Source: a bacterium
Lineage (GTDB): Bacteria > UBA8248
DNA length: 64,000 nt
Reading direction: 5' to 3'
Assembly (NCBI GenBank): GCA_965213685.1
Contig: CBDBZY010000003.1
Coordinates: forward strand, 224,001-288,000
Shown here: positions 34,090 to 45,263 of the stretch, one piece after another
Layout: the number at the start of each line of letters is the position of its first letter
Position numbering within the stretch: position 1 is the stretch's first letter
The notes under the pieces: model-generated
What the model saw: only the letters and a program-made list of their open reading frames with translations
The model's database searches: none
Told to the model about the DNA's origin: nothing
Program-made: the position numbers and the translations under genes

Positions 34090-34926
34090 ATGACAGCGGC
34101 GCGAGTGGTGGTGAAAATCGGGGATGTCGCCTTCGGGCGGGCGGGAGCGATATGCGTCATCGCAGGCCCCTGCCTGATCGAGAGCGAGGAGCTGGTGGCG
34201 CATTGCGCGAAAAAAGTGAAAGAGGCGGTGGACGCATGTGGCGTCGGCGGGGTTTTCAAGGCTTCGTATGACAAGGCGAATCGCAGCTCGGGGAGGTCTC
34301 CCCGCGGGCCCGGCATGGATAGGGGATTGAAAATACTGGAGATGGTGAGAAGGGAGACCGGCCTGCCGGTGATGTCGGACGTGCACAGCCCGGAGGAGGC
34401 CGAGCGGGCGGCCCGCGTTCTGGACGCCATACAGATTCCCGCTTTTCTGTGCCGCCAGACGGACCTCCTCCGCGCGGCGGGACGAACCGGAAAGCCCGTG
34501 AACGTGAAAAAAGGGCAGTTCATGGCGCCCGAGGACATGAAGCATGTCGTGGGAAAGCTCGAGGAGGCGGGTTGTCGGCAAATACTTCTCACGGAGAGGG
34601 GAACGAGCTTCGGCTACCATGACCTGGTTTCCGATATGCGCGCGCTCGTGCGGATGCGCGAATCCGGCTATCCCGTCGTCTTTGACGCGACGCACAGCGT
34701 TCAGGCACCGGGCGGGCTTGGCGAAATCTCGGGAGGGGACAGGAGCATGGTTCCCCATCTCGCGCGCGCAGCGGCCGGCGTGGGCGTTGATGCGTTCTTT
34801 CTCGAATGCCACCCGAAGCCGGACGAGGCGCTCTCCGACGGTCCCAACATGGTGGACGTCGACGACCTCCAGCCCCTTCTCGCCTCTTTGCGCGCCATAG
34901 ATTTGGCGCGCCTCCGCTCCCGATAG
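34090..34926 (+). CDS. kdsA: Kdo-8-phosphate synthase
   Basis: IAGPC, KASYDKANRSS, QIPAFLCRQTD, FDATHSVQ. Confidence 0.96.
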   Translation: MTAARVVVKIGDVAFGRAGAICVIAGPCLIESEELVAHCAKKVKEAVDACGVGGVFKASYDKANRSSGRSPRGPGMDRGLKILEMVRRETGLPVMSDVHSPEEAERAARVLDAIQIPAFLCRQTDLLRAAGRTGKPVNVKKGQFMAPEDMKHVVGKLEEAGCRQILLTERGTSFGYHDLVSDMRALVRMRESGYPVVFDATHSVQAPGGLGEISGGDRSMVPHLARAAAGVGVDAFFLECHPKPDEALSDGPNMVDVDDLQPLLASLRAIDLARLRSR

Positions 34927-35348
34927 ATCGGCGCCCCCCCTGCGTCCACATATCTCGCGGGTTTTGCCCCCCCTGTGTCGCCGAGGCGTTTTTCGTCCGA
35001 CGCGCGCCCGGTTCCGGCGGGAGGCGGGAAACGGGAATTGGCGCGCCTTTCGGGTGTTTTGGTAGAATGGCGACAAATATGGTTTGCGCCGGCGCGTTCG
35101 AGAGCTCACATGAGCGCTTTGGCGGGAGAGTCCGATGCGGCGTCCGCTGTGGGCGCGCCGCCCCGGATGAAGCTGGGTCGCGGCGGGGATGGCCGGGCGG
35201 GCGTATGGGAATCGGTCGTCCTCCACCGGAAGATGCTGGATGCGGTGCTGGATGCGATGATGGACAACAGGCGGTATAAAGGATGCGGAGGGTTTTGTTG
35301 TTTGGCCCGCACCGCGGGAATGGTCGCCACCTTTAGCGGGGAGGGTTG

Positions 35349-36185
35349 ATGATGGGCGTTCTGACGATCTCCAGAGAGCTCGGGAGCGGTGGTGATGGGA
35401 TAGGAAAGGTGGTCGCCCAGGAGTTGGGGTGGTCTCTCCTGGACAACGATGGATTCGCGGAGGCTGCGCAATCCTACGGGTATGTTCGGGCGGAGCTGGA
35501 GCAGGTGGACGAAAGAAAGCCCGGCTTGATCGATCGCTTCTTTCGGGACAGGCAGCTCGTGTATCTCGATATCATGCGCGCCATCGTGTATGAGTCGGCC
35601 TTGAAAAACGATTTCGTCATATTGGGGCGCGGTGCCCACATCCTCCTGGAGGGAATCGAGGGCGTCTTCCGGACGCGCATCCTAGCCCCGGAAGATTACC
35701 GGCGGCGCACGCTCGTGAAGAACGAGGGGGTTACGCCGTCGATGGCGGAGCAGTTTATCCATCACAACGATCATGAAAGAATGGCGTATACGCGCCATTT
35801 CTTTGACGTCCGATGGGGAGAGCCGAGCCATTTTGACCTGATGTTGAATACGGGATTGTTTCATGAGGACATGGCGACGCGGCTGCTGGTGAACATCATG
35901 AAAGAGGAGAAATTCTTGTGCCTGCAGCCGTCGGAGTCCCAAAAGCTCCGGAACCTGGCGTTCGGGCAGAAGATCAAGGCGACGATCATGACGGACGAGC
36001 GGATTGACGCGAGCGGCATCGTCGTGGAGTGTCCCGAGCCCGGCAGGTTGTTGCTGCACGGGCGCGTCAACAGCGACGAGGAGAAGGAGTTGGCGGAATC
36101 CATCGCCAGGGGATACGCCGGCGTCCGGGAATTGCAAAGCGAACTGGTTGTGATGCCCCCTATCGAGGGATGGTATCCCGTATGA
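35349..36185 (+). CDS. Cytidylate kinase-like protein with a C-terminal BON domain
   Basis: TISRELGSGG, VILGRG, FDLMLNT; LHGRVNS...AESIA...GV BON-like tail. Confidence 0.85.
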   Translation: MMGVLTISRELGSGGDGIGKVVAQELGWSLLDNDGFAEAAQSYGYVRAELEQVDERKPGLIDRFFRDRQLVYLDIMRAIVYESALKNDFVILGRGAHILLEGIEGVFRTRILAPEDYRRRTLVKNEGVTPSMAEQFIHHNDHERMAYTRHFFDVRWGEPSHFDLMLNTGLFHEDMATRLLVNIMKEEKFLCLQPSESQKLRNLAFGQKIKATIMTDERIDASGIVVECPEPGRLLLHGRVNSDEEKELAESIARGYAGVRELQSELVVMPPIEGWYPV

Positions 36186-36811
36186 GCCGGACAAATGCGC
36201 TGCGAGCCAGGCTGCTGCCTGAAAAGCGCCCCGCATTCCGGGCGTGCCTCGCTTGCGGTCTTGCGATGTTGGTTTCCGGTTGTGGCCTCGTCGTGCACCA
36301 GGCCCTCTACGAGAAGGACAGGGAGCAGACCCAAAAGGAGGTGAACGCGATCCGCAGCCAGCTGCTCGCCCACACGCAAATACTGGCGAATCACGGCAAA
36401 TCGGTGAACGAGTTCAAGTTGCAGCTGCGCGACGCGGTGATGGACGTCAAAAAGAAGGTGGCGGCCTTGCAAGCCGCACCCGGGCGCGTGGCGGCACCCC
36501 CGAAGCGGACGCAAAAAAAGGAGCCGGCCAGCGGGCCCGCCAGCCGGGGCGGGGCGTCCGGAGAGACGAGATATGTTCGCCGCACATACCAGGGCATCCC
36601 GCTCAACTACGCGGGCGGCTATCGCGAGCCGCGCGGTGCGCGCTATCCATACAGACTGGCCCCGGGCACGCGCATGGCCGTCCTCTCCCGGGACAGGCGC
36701 GGCTTCACCAGGGTACAGGTGCAGTCCGGACGTTGGAAGGGAAAGAAAATGTGGGTGCGCACGCGCTGGCTGACGGAACGGGCGCCCGGGAGCGGACGCG
36801 GGGAGAGTTGA
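36182..36811 (+). CDS. Hypothetical lipoprotein (coiled coil plus SH3-like tail)
   Basis: Lipobox LVSGC; ATGA overlap with the upstream gene. Confidence 0.65.
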   Translation: MSRTNALRARLLPEKRPAFRACLACGLAMLVSGCGLVVHQALYEKDREQTQKEVNAIRSQLLAHTQILANHGKSVNEFKLQLRDAVMDVKKKVAALQAAPGRVAAPPKRTQKKEPASGPASRGGASGETRYVRRTYQGIPLNYAGGYREPRGARYPYRLAPGTRMAVLSRDRRGFTRVQVQSGRWKGKKMWVRTRWLTERAPGSGRGES

Positions 36812-36815
36812 TTTT

Positions 36816-37958
36816 CTAGATGTTTGCGAGGCCTTCGACGAGGTCGTCTCTCAAAACCTCGAAATCCTCGAGTCCAACGGAATATCGAATCAATTCCGCC
36901 GACACCCCGCGACTTTTCGCCCCCTCCATCCCGATATCCGCATACGCCATCCGGGCGTGGTGCTCCACCTGGCTTTCCGTGCCCCCGAAGCCCGGAGCGA
37001 GGACAGGAATTTGGAGCGCGTCCACGAGCGCGCCCGCCTTCTCCGGGCCGCCGTCGAGCTCGAAGCTGAGGAGCCCGCCGAAAGCGTCCATATATCGCGC
37101 GGCCTGGGCGTGATCCGGGTGAGAGGCGAGGCCCGGGTAATGAACGCGGGATACTTGGGGTTGGGCGGAAAGAAACTCCGCCAGCCGCAGCGCCGTTTCG
37201 CTCATGCGTCGGACGCGCAACTCGAGCGTCTTTAGTCCGCGCTCGACCAGGAACGCCTCCTGCGGCCCCAGAATCGAACCGAGCAGCGTCTGTTGCTCGC
37301 GCAGGGCGTTGACCATCTCCTGGCGGCCGGAAACCGCGCCTGCGATGACGTCGTTGTGCCCGCCGATATATTTCGTCGCGCTCTGAATCGCCAGATCGGC
37401 CCCCCGCTCCAGCGGGCGAAGCAGGGCGGGGGACGCGATGGTGGAGTCCACGATGAGCAGGGCGCCGCGCTTGCGGGCCCATTCGGCCATTTGCTCGATG
37501 TTCGGCGTTCGCAACGTGGGGTTGGAGGGCACTTCCGCAAACAACACCCGAACCCGGGCGTCGGAGATCGCCTCCAGGGATGCGGCCGCATGATCCGGCA
37601 GGATGTCGACGCGCACGCCGTAGCGTGAAAGGAGACCCTCCACGATGTCCCTCGTGTGCCGATAGGATTCCCGAGGGATGACCATTCGCGCCCCGGGTGC
37701 CAGGAGAGAGAGGAATACGGAGGCGACCGCCGCCATGCCGCTGGAATACAACAGGGAGGCTTCCGCCCCTTCCATGAGGGCGAGCCTGCGTTCGGCGGCT
37801 TCGTTTGTCGGGTTGCCGACTCGCGAATAGAAAAACCCCCCCCTCTCGCCGCGATGGAAGCTGTCCAGGTCGGCCGAGCTCCCGAAGGTGAAGGTGGCGG
37901 TCTGGAAAATGGGCGGTGCGAGCGCGTTTTCGGCCTGGCGGCGATCGGCTCTCCTCAT
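36816..37958 (-). CDS. Cystathionine gamma-synthase / trans-sulfuration enzyme
   Basis: YSRVGNPT, SSGMAA, PLP-lysine motif QSATKYIGGHND, IRYSVGLED. Confidence 0.92.
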   Translation of the reverse strand: MRRADRRQAENALAPPIFQTATFTFGSSADLDSFHRGERGGFFYSRVGNPTNEAAERRLALMEGAEASLLYSSGMAAVASVFLSLLAPGARMVIPRESYRHTRDIVEGLLSRYGVRVDILPDHAAASLEAISDARVRVLFAEVPSNPTLRTPNIEQMAEWARKRGALLIVDSTIASPALLRPLERGADLAIQSATKYIGGHNDVIAGAVSGRQEMVNALREQQTLLGSILGPQEAFLVERGLKTLELRVRRMSETALRLAEFLSAQPQVSRVHYPGLASHPDHAQAARYMDAFGGLLSFELDGGPEKAGALVDALQIPVLAPGFGGTESQVEHHARMAYADIGMEGAKSRGVSAELIRYSVGLEDFEVLRDDLVEGLANI

Positions 37959-38028
37959 TTTTTTCGACAACGTGGCGCGTCTCCCGGTTCGTGGATGCGG
38001 CGGGAAAGGGGAAGCCGAGCGGCGAAGA

Positions 38029-39372
38029 CTACTTGCAGGACAATGCCCCCAGCGTTTTCTCGACGGCCTCCTGGACGGCGTGGATATCATCGGGAAGTTC
38101 GACGGGGGCGTTGGCGAAGCGGCTGTCGATGCCCGGAATGTCCTTTTGGTGATAACGGACCTTGAATTCGGTAAATTTCAGCCCATGGGCCGTCGAGATG
38201 ATCACGACGCGATCCCGGGGATGGACTTCTCCGCGCGCGACGATTTTTTCCAGAGCGGCCAGCGCCACGCCGGTTTGCGGGCAGTTATACATCCCCGTCC
38301 TGTCGGCCCGGGCGGCCGCGTTGGACAACTCCTCCTCGCTCGCCTGCTCGACGGAGCCCTCGAATGTCTTGAGGGTACGGATGGCCCTCTCGACGCTCAC
38401 CGGATTCCCGATCTGGATGGCTGTCGCCAGCGTGGGCTCGGCGTCTATGGGATGAAATTCCCGGAAGCCGGTCATATAGCTTCGGTACAGGGGGTTGGCC
38501 TTCTCCGTCTGGGCGCAAACGACGCGCGGGAGCTTGTCAATCAACCCCAGGTCGCGCATCTGCAGGAAACCCTTTCCCAGTGCGCTCACGTTCCCCAGGT
38601 TTCCGCCCGGAATGATGATGAGGTCGGGAACCTCCCAGCCGAACTGCTGGACGAGTTCGATGCTGATGGTTTTCTGCCCTTCGATGCGAAGGGAGTTCAT
38701 GCTGTTGGCGAGGTATATTCCCTGCTCTTCGCACACTTGCCGGACGATGCGCATACAGCCGTCAAAATCGGTGTCGATGGCCATCACCAGCGCGCCGTTC
38801 GCGATGGGCTGAATCAGCTGCGCCACGGACACCTTCTCGCGCGGCAGAAAAACGATGGCGGGGATGTCGGCCGCGGCGGCATACGCGGCGAGTGCGGCGG
38901 AGGTGTCGCCCGTCGATGCGCAGGCGAGTGCGCGAAGCTTTTTCCCGTCGGCCATCATCTGCCGGGCGGCGGACACCAGGACCGTCATGCCGAGGTCCTT
39001 GAAAGAGCCCGTGTGGCTGTTTCCGCATTGCTTGATCCACAACTCGCCGATTCCGAGCTCCCGCCCCAGGCGATTCGCCCAAAAAAGGTTTGTCCCGCCC
39101 TCGTAGAAGGAGATGATGTTTTCCGCGTGGATCAGCGGGCAAACCCATTCCTTCTTCCCCCAGACGCCGCTGCCATACGGCCAGGTGTTGCGCTGGTAGC
39201 GGTCGTCGAACAGATGGCGCCACTCGGATGCGCTGCGCATTCGCAGGGTTTCCAGATCGTGCGTGACCTCGAGGAGACCCCCGCATTCGCGGCATTGATA
39301 TACGGAGTCGAAGATGGAATAGGTCGCCCCGCATTCCGGGTGGATACATTGGAACCAGCAGTTGCAATCCAT
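38029..39372 (-). CDS. thrC: Threonine synthase
   Basis: [34 protein letters not shown]. Confidence 0.95.
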   Translation of the reverse strand: MDCNCWFQCIHPECGATYSIFDSVYQCRECGGLLEVTHDLETLRMRSASEWRHLFDDRYQRNTWPYGSGVWGKKEWVCPLIHAENIISFYEGGTNLFWANRLGRELGIGELWIKQCGNSHTGSFKDLGMTVLVSAARQMMADGKKLRALACASTGDTSAALAAYAAAADIPAIVFLPREKVSVAQLIQPIANGALVMAIDTDFDGCMRIVRQVCEEQGIYLANSMNSLRIEGQKTISIELVQQFGWEVPDLIIIPGGNLGNVSALGKGFLQMRDLGLIDKLPRVVCAQTEKANPLYRSYMTGFREFHPIDAEPTLATAIQIGNPVSVERAIRTLKTFEGSVEQASEEELSNAAARADRTGMYNCPQTGVALAALEKIVARGEVHPRDRVVIISTAHGLKFTEFKVRYHQKDIPGIDSRFANAPVELPDDIHAVQEAVEKTLGALSCK

Positions 39373-39505
39373 ATCTTCCCCAAGAGCGAAGGGCGAGGCC
39401 CGGCGTCGCCCGAAGGAAGCGGAATTATCGCAGGGGCACCCCCGGGCCGCAAATCGGCGGACGCCCCGCGCGGTGCGCCATGCCGGGGCGTTGCGCGCCT
39501 CAGGC

Positions 39506-40762
39506 CTAGGTGGCGGCGGGCTGAACGATGCGCACCTCTTTTTCGTTGATGAAACTGACGATCACGGCCGCCTGGAAGCAGAGGTAGGCGGCCAGGGCGA
39601 ACGCGAGGTCGTAGCTGCCGGTCACGTCATAGATGTATCCGCTCAGCCAGGCGCTCAGGCCCGAGCCGAGCTGGTGGCTGAACGTGATGAGGCCAAACAA
39701 TATCGCCACGTTTCTGGCGCCGAAGAAATCTCCCGTCAACGCCGAGGTAAGGGGGACGGTCGCTATCCAGGAGAGGCCGATTATCATGGGCGTCGCCCAG
39801 ACGGTGAAATCGTTTTTGAAAAAGATGAACAGAATGAATCCGAGGCCCCGGAAGGCGTAGATCATGCCCAGTGGAATTTTTCTGCCGATTTTGTCCGACA
39901 GCGGGCCCACGGCCAGAACGCCCACGGTGTTGAGGCCGCCGCCCAGTGCGAAGGAGGTGGCGGCGACGGCGGCGGAGAACCCCACGTCCGTCGCAAACGG
40001 CACCCAGTGGACGGAAACGACGGTCACGGTGAAGCCGCAGGTGAAGAAACTGGTGAGCAACAGCAGAAACGGCGCCTTGTGGAGACACTCTATCCAGGGC
40101 AAGTCATAGGGAACGACCATCTGGATGTGCTTGCCGAAGGTCGTCGCCTTCCGCTGGGTTTCTTGGGCCCCGGGAGAATTCTTGACGACGAACACCGAGA
40201 TGGGGATCAGGGTGAACAGGAAGATGACGCCGATGACGAGCGAGGTCGTTCTCCAGTCCAGAAAGCCGATGAGATACGCGAAGAGGGGGAGCAGCATGAG
40301 TTGCCCCATGCTTGACCCGGCGCTGACGATGGACATGCCCAGCCCGCGCCTGTCCGGAAACCAGCTCGACACCAGCGGGGTATAGGCCGTCACGCTGTTC
40401 CCGATCCCCCCGACGCCCAGCAGGATGCCGAAAAACAGGTACACGCCCCACAGGGAGTGCACCTGGTGGATTCCCAGCATGGAGATCGTCGTGAGGACCG
40501 ACCCCCAGATGATGATCGTCTTGGGCCCCCAGCGCCGCATCATCAGGCCGCCCAGCGGCTGGGACGCTCCGTAGAGGATGAGGCAAAGGGAAAAGGGGAG
40601 GGACAACGCGGCGCGGCTCAGGTTGAAATCCGCGATCATCGGCTTCAGGAAGAGGCCAAAGGAGTTTCTGGTGGCCAGCCCTAGGAACATCATCGTGAAG
40701 CAGCCGGCGAGGATGAACCAGCCGTAGTATATCCTGGGTGGGGAAGTGTTTTCTTCGCTCAC
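39506..40762 (-). CDS. MFS transporter
   Basis: [23 protein letters not shown], about 12 transmembrane segments; GTG start after GGAGG. Confidence 0.9.
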   Translation of the reverse strand: MSEENTSPPRIYYGWFILAGCFTMMFLGLATRNSFGLFLKPMIADFNLSRAALSLPFSLCLILYGASQPLGGLMMRRWGPKTIIIWGSVLTTISMLGIHQVHSLWGVYLFFGILLGVGGIGNSVTAYTPLVSSWFPDRRGLGMSIVSAGSSMGQLMLLPLFAYLIGFLDWRTTSLVIGVIFLFTLIPISVFVVKNSPGAQETQRKATTFGKHIQMVVPYDLPWIECLHKAPFLLLLTSFFTCGFTVTVVSVHWVPFATDVGFSAAVAATSFALGGGLNTVGVLAVGPLSDKIGRKIPLGMIYAFRGLGFILFIFFKNDFTVWATPMIIGLSWIATVPLTSALTGDFFGARNVAILFGLITFSHQLGSGLSAWLSGYIYDVTGSYDLAFALAAYLCFQAAVIVSFINEKEVRIVQPAAT

Positions 40763-40898
40763 GGGCACCTCCGTGATGTTTTCAAGTGTCGGGAATTTCC
40801 GGTTTGTCCCGCATCTTATACCACGAAACGGGCGCATGACACGCACCCGGGGCGCGTTTCCCCCGGAATGGCCCGGAATGGGCGGAGCGATTCCTATT

Positions 40899-41672
40899 GT
40901 TTTTCAGAATGTGATACAGATGTGGGGAATCGCGAGGAGGGCACCCCTGCATGAAGCGTGTGGAAGCGCGGGATTTGGTGGAATGAGCGTGTTTCCGGCC
41001 GATTGCCCGCGCTGTGGCGTCAAGCGCGTGGCGTTCACGGTAAAAGGTGAGTGGCGATACGAGGAATATCCGCCGCGGTGGGATACACTTGCCGTCTGCG
41101 GCCATTGCCGGCGCGGGATCGTGGCGACATTCGAGGTGGTGCTTGCTTCGGACTCTCCGATGGAAACCAGGACGCTCTCCAGCGAGTCATATCGTCTTTT
41201 GGCGATTGCTCCCAAACCGCCCGGCACCCGTGCGCCGCCTCATACGCCCGACACCGTCGCCGAATTCTTCAGGCAGGGTGCGGACAATCTGCCACGGAAC
41301 CCGGACGCCGCCGGTGCCATGTTCCGCAAGGCGCTCGAAGTCGGCCTGAAGGATAAATATCCGGCGCTCGAGGGCAGCTTGAAAAAGCGCATCGACAAGG
41401 CGGCGGCGGACGACTATTTGACGCGCGATCTGGCGGATTGGGCGAATCAGATACGGCTCGACGGCAACGAGGCCGTTCACGGCGAGGCTCCGCTCTCCCG
41501 GGAAGATGCGTCCCGCCTGCATGAATTTACCAAACTCGTATTTTGGTATCTGTTCACCTTGCCCGGCAGGTTGGAAAAGGCGCGTGGCACCGCTGCGGGT
41601 CAAGGGTAGTTTTTCAGAATGTGATACAGGGGAATCGCGAGGAGGGTGCCTGCATGGAGCGTATGGAAGCGC
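40899..41672. repeat. Imperfect direct repeats (40899-40969, 41609-41672) flanking the DUF4145-like gene
   Basis: GTTTTTCAGAATGTGATACAG...GGGAATCGCGAGGAGGG...CTGCATG(A/G)AGCGT(G/A)TGGAAGCGC, i.e. the upstream region, RBS and first codons of the aminotransferase gene. Confidence 0.9.
40983..41609 (+). CDS. DUF4145-like (HEPN-related) protein with N-terminal CxxC pairs
   Basis: CPRC...CGHC; AAGAMFRKALE, LKKRID, IRLDGNEAVH (Rx4-6H-like). Confidence 0.85.
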   Translation: MSVFPADCPRCGVKRVAFTVKGEWRYEEYPPRWDTLAVCGHCRRGIVATFEVVLASDSPMETRTLSSESYRLLAIAPKPPGTRAPPHTPDTVAEFFRQGADNLPRNPDAAGAMFRKALEVGLKDKYPALEGSLKKRIDKAAADDYLTRDLADWANQIRLDGNEAVHGEAPLSREDASRLHEFTKLVFWYLFTLPGRLEKARGTAAGQG

Positions 41673-43000
41673 CGAATTTCCTGGTTCCCCATCCCGGCCC
41701 CAGGACGCGGGCGGAACTCGCGCGCCTCCGGAATGCGGAAAGCCGCGCGGCGCTCAGCTTCGGCATGAGCCCGGAGACCGTCGTGGCGGAGCGGGCGCGG
41801 GGTGCGGTGATCGAGGATGTCGACGGCAACCTGTTCCTGGATTTTGTCGCCGGATTCGGTTCCCTGAACGCGGGCCACTGCCACCCCGGGGTTGTCTCGG
41901 CGATGCAGGCGCAGGCGGAGAAAGTCCACCAGGCTATGTCGCTGGGCTCCAGCGTGAGAAACCGGTTTCTGGAGAAGGTTCTCTCGCTGCATTCCGGGGC
42001 CGCGCCCAAAAGCGCGATTCTCGGCTCCTCGGGAAGCGAGGCTGCCGAGATCGCCCTGAAGATGGCCCGCCGGGCGACGGGGCGGGATGAAATCGTCGGC
42101 TTCACGGGCGGGTTTCATGGAAGAACCCTGGGCGCCCTGGCGCTGATGGGCAGAAAAAACCAGCGCGAGGGGCTGGGAGCGCTGGTTCCGGGGGTGCACC
42201 ACGTCCCCTATCCCTATCCGTATCGAAACCCCTTCGGCGATGGCGCGGAGAAATGCGCGGAGGGAACGATTCGCTACATCGACGAGTTTCTATCGAATCC
42301 GGTGAGCGGCTGGGGCGACGTGGCGGCCGTCATCATGGAGCCGGTACAGGGAAACGGCGGCATGATTCCGGCCCCCATCGGATTCTTGCAGGCGCTTCGG
42401 GAGGTGTGCGATCGCCACGGGGTGCTGCTCATCTTCGATGAGGTGATGAGCGGATTCTGCCGCACGGGAAGGATGTTCGCCTACCAGCATGAGGACGTGG
42501 AGCCCGATCTCGTCGTGATGGGCAAGTCGATTTCCGGGGGGTTGCCCCTGGCCGCCTGCGTCGCGAAAAAAGAGATTGCGGACGCCTCGGCCCCCGGAAC
42601 CGAGAGCAGCACCTATGCGGGAAACGTCATGGCGTGCGCCGCCGGGCTGGCGTCGATTGCGGTCTACGAGGAGGAGAACCTCGCCGCGCGCTCCCTGGAG
42701 ATGGGCGCGTATTTCCTGCGAAGGCTGGAGGAGCTGGCGGAGCGGCATTCCATCGTCGGCGAAGTGCGCGGGCGGGGGTTGATGGTGGCCGTCGAGCTGG
42801 TTGCCGATCGCGCGACGCGCGCGCCCTTGTCCGTCGCCAAAAAAGCGAGCGAGGCGGCTTTGAAGCGGGGCCTTCTCCTCTATCCGGGGGGGCATCATGC
42901 GAACGTTCTGGCGTTTTTGCCTCCGCTGATCGTCGAGAGGCACCAGATTGACGCGGCCGTTGGCGTCGTGGATGAGGTGTTGCTCGGGATGGGCGCGTGA
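41654..43000 (+). CDS. Class III aminotransferase (GabT-like)
   Basis: DVDGN, GGFHGRT, EPVQGNGG, DEVMSGFCRTG, GKSISGG. Confidence 0.92.
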   Translation: MERMEAPNFLVPHPGPRTRAELARLRNAESRAALSFGMSPETVVAERARGAVIEDVDGNLFLDFVAGFGSLNAGHCHPGVVSAMQAQAEKVHQAMSLGSSVRNRFLEKVLSLHSGAAPKSAILGSSGSEAAEIALKMARRATGRDEIVGFTGGFHGRTLGALALMGRKNQREGLGALVPGVHHVPYPYPYRNPFGDGAEKCAEGTIRYIDEFLSNPVSGWGDVAAVIMEPVQGNGGMIPAPIGFLQALREVCDRHGVLLIFDEVMSGFCRTGRMFAYQHEDVEPDLVVMGKSISGGLPLAACVAKKEIADASAPGTESSTYAGNVMACAAGLASIAVYEEENLAARSLEMGAYFLRRLEELAERHSIVGEVRGRGLMVAVELVADRATRAPLSVAKKASEAALKRGLLLYPGGHHANVLAFLPPLIVERHQIDAAVGVVDEVLLGMGA

Positions 43001-43088
43001 GGGACGCCATCCGCCTGGCAATGCGATGCTTCCTTTTGTGCTAATATCGTGGAGAAGACGTTCATCTTGCCGCTGCCTGGAGGACGGA

Positions 43089-44423
43089 ATGCGGAGGCGG
43101 AGAAAGTTTCCACGGAGGGCGCATCTGGTGCTCCCGCTCCTGTTGGCGGCGATGGGCGCGGTGCTGGCCGTATTCCACGCCGCCGCCGCGCAGAAGTCGC
43201 CTCCCGTCGTGGTGTTGGACGTGGCCGACGCCATATCGCCCGGAACCTCGGAGTACATCGCTTTCGGCATCGAGGAAGCCGCCCGAAAAAAGGCGCAGCT
43301 CCTGGTCATTCGCCTCGATACCCCCGGCGGCCTGGTCACCAGCACGCGGGATATCGTGAAATCCATTTTCGGCTCGGACGTGCCCGTGGCGGTGTATGTC
43401 GCTCCGGGAGGGGCGCGGGCCGCATCCGCCGGCACGTTCATCACCATGTCGGCGCACATCGCCGCCATGGCACCGGGCACCAACATCGGGGCCGCATCTC
43501 CCGTTTCGGGCGGGGGAAAGCAGATTCAGGGCGACATGCGCAAAAAGGCGATGAACGACGTGGCCGCCTTCGCGCGGGCGGTGGCCTCCCGCACGGGGCG
43601 CAACACCGAGTGGGCGGAGAGCGCGGTTCGCGAGGCGGTGTCCGTGGATGAGGCCGAGGCGCTCCGGCAGAAGGTGATCGACCTGGTGGCCGCGGACGTC
43701 AGGTCCCTTCTTCTGGCGGTTCACGGCAGAAAGATAAAACTCGCCAGCGGCGCCACCGTCACCCTGGCGACGAGGGGCGCCGCGCAGATCGTGCTGGAGC
43801 GCAGCTGGCGCCAAAGGGTGCTCACCCTTCTGAGCGACCCCAACATCGCCTATATCCTGATGCTTCTGGGCATGTACGGGCTGTTCTTCGAGCTGTCGAA
43901 CCCGGGCGCCATCCTGCCGGGCGTGGTGGGCGCCATCAGTCTCCTCCTCGCGCTGTACGCCCTGAAAGTCCTGCCGGTGAACTATGTGGGACTTCTCCTG
44001 ATGGGACTTGCCGTCATCATGTTTCTCCTGGAAATCCAGGTCGTGAGCTATGGGGGGCTCACCATCGGCGGAATCATCGCCATGACGCTCGGCTCGGTCA
44101 TGCTCATCGATTCTCCGGACCCCTATCTGCAAATCAGCCTCAAGGTCATTCTCCCCGCGGTCGCCGGAACGGCCATGTTCTTCGTCTGGCTCGTGGGGAT
44201 GGGCTTCCGCGCCCAGCGGAGGCGGGCGGTTTCGGGCTCCGAGGGAATGCTGGCGCAATCGGGAATCGTGAGCGTCTCGCCCGGGGGAGGCGCGCCGGCC
44301 AAGATTCGGGTGCGCGGCGAAATATGGCTGGCGGACTCCGAGGAGCCTCTGCAGGTCGGCGACAGGGTGCGCGTCGTTTCGGTGGAGGGCCTCAGGCTCC
44401 GCGTCGAGAAGGAGGGTGGATAG
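43089..44423 (+). CDS. nfeD: NfeD membrane-bound protease
   Basis: LDTPGG, AASAG, MAPGTNIGAASP, C-terminal OB-fold GEIW. Confidence 0.93.
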   Translation: MRRRRKFPRRAHLVLPLLLAAMGAVLAVFHAAAAQKSPPVVVLDVADAISPGTSEYIAFGIEEAARKKAQLLVIRLDTPGGLVTSTRDIVKSIFGSDVPVAVYVAPGGARAASAGTFITMSAHIAAMAPGTNIGAASPVSGGGKQIQGDMRKKAMNDVAAFARAVASRTGRNTEWAESAVREAVSVDEAEALRQKVIDLVAADVRSLLLAVHGRKIKLASGATVTLATRGAAQIVLERSWRQRVLTLLSDPNIAYILMLLGMYGLFFELSNPGAILPGVVGAISLLLALYALKVLPVNYVGLLLMGLAVIMFLLEIQVVSYGGLTIGGIIAMTLGSVMLIDSPDPYLQISLKVILPAVAGTAMFFVWLVGMGFRAQRRRAVSGSEGMLAQSGIVSVSPGGGAPAKIRVRGEIWLADSEEPLQVGDRVRVVSVEGLRLRVEKEGG

Positions 44424-45176
44424 ATGAATTTGAGCTGGATCATCGGCGTCGTCATCGTGTTGCTGTTTTTCGTCAGCGCCATCCGCGTCCTGAACGAGTA
44501 TGAGCGCGGCGTCATCTTTCGGCTGGGCCGCTTCTACGCCACCAAGGGGCCCGGTCTCATCATCGTGCTTCCGGTGATCGATCGCATGACCCGCGTGGGC
44601 CTGCGGCTGGTGACGATGGACGTGCCGCCGCAGGATATCGTCACGAAAGACAACGTGTCGGTGAAGGTGAACGCCGTGGTCTATTTTCGCGTGCTGAATC
44701 CCGAGCGGGCGATCATCGAGGTGGAGGATTTCCTCTACGCCACGGGCCAGTTGAGCCAGACCACGCTGCGGAGCGTGCTGGGCCAGATGGACCTGGACGA
44801 TCTGCTGTCCGAGCGCGAGAAGATCAACACCCAGCTCCAGGAACTCCTGGATCACGCCACCGACCCCTGGGGCATCAAGGTCACCAACGTGGAGCTGAAG
44901 CACGTGGACCTCCCCAGCGAGATGCAGCGCGCCATCGCCCGCCAGGCGGAGGCGGAGCGCGAGCGCCGCGCCAAGGTCATTCACGCGGAAGGCGAGTTCC
45001 AGGCGAGCGCGCGGCTTGCCGAGGCCGCCACCGCCATCGGGCAGGCCCCCGGCGCGCTGCAGCTGCGGTTCCTGCAAACCCTCTCCGAGGTCGCGACCGA
45101 GAACAACTCGACCATCGTCTTCCCCCTTCCGCTGGATTTGCTGCGCCCATTCGTGGAGGGAGGCGGACGTAAGTAG
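44424..45176 (+). CDS. Slipin/stomatin SPFH-domain protein
   Basis: [29 protein letters not shown]. Confidence 0.95.
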   Translation: MNLSWIIGVVIVLLFFVSAIRVLNEYERGVIFRLGRFYATKGPGLIIVLPVIDRMTRVGLRLVTMDVPPQDIVTKDNVSVKVNAVVYFRVLNPERAIIEVEDFLYATGQLSQTTLRSVLGQMDLDDLLSEREKINTQLQELLDHATDPWGIKVTNVELKHVDLPSEMQRAIARQAEAERERRAKVIHAEGEFQASARLAEAATAIGQAPGALQLRFLQTLSEVATENNSTIVFPLPLDLLRPFVEGGGRK

Positions 45177-45263
45177 GGGGGAACGAGGGGGGAGGTCGGG
45201 GCCGGCGGCGGCTGGCGGATGCGGGCGGGGCCTCGTCGCCCGTTTCGGCTTCCGGTGGCGCGG

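Noticed and set aside
34927-35345. ORFs of 124-177 aa between kdsA and the cytidylate kinase-like gene
   Set aside because: No motifs or clear RBS; more likely promoter or intergenic DNA.
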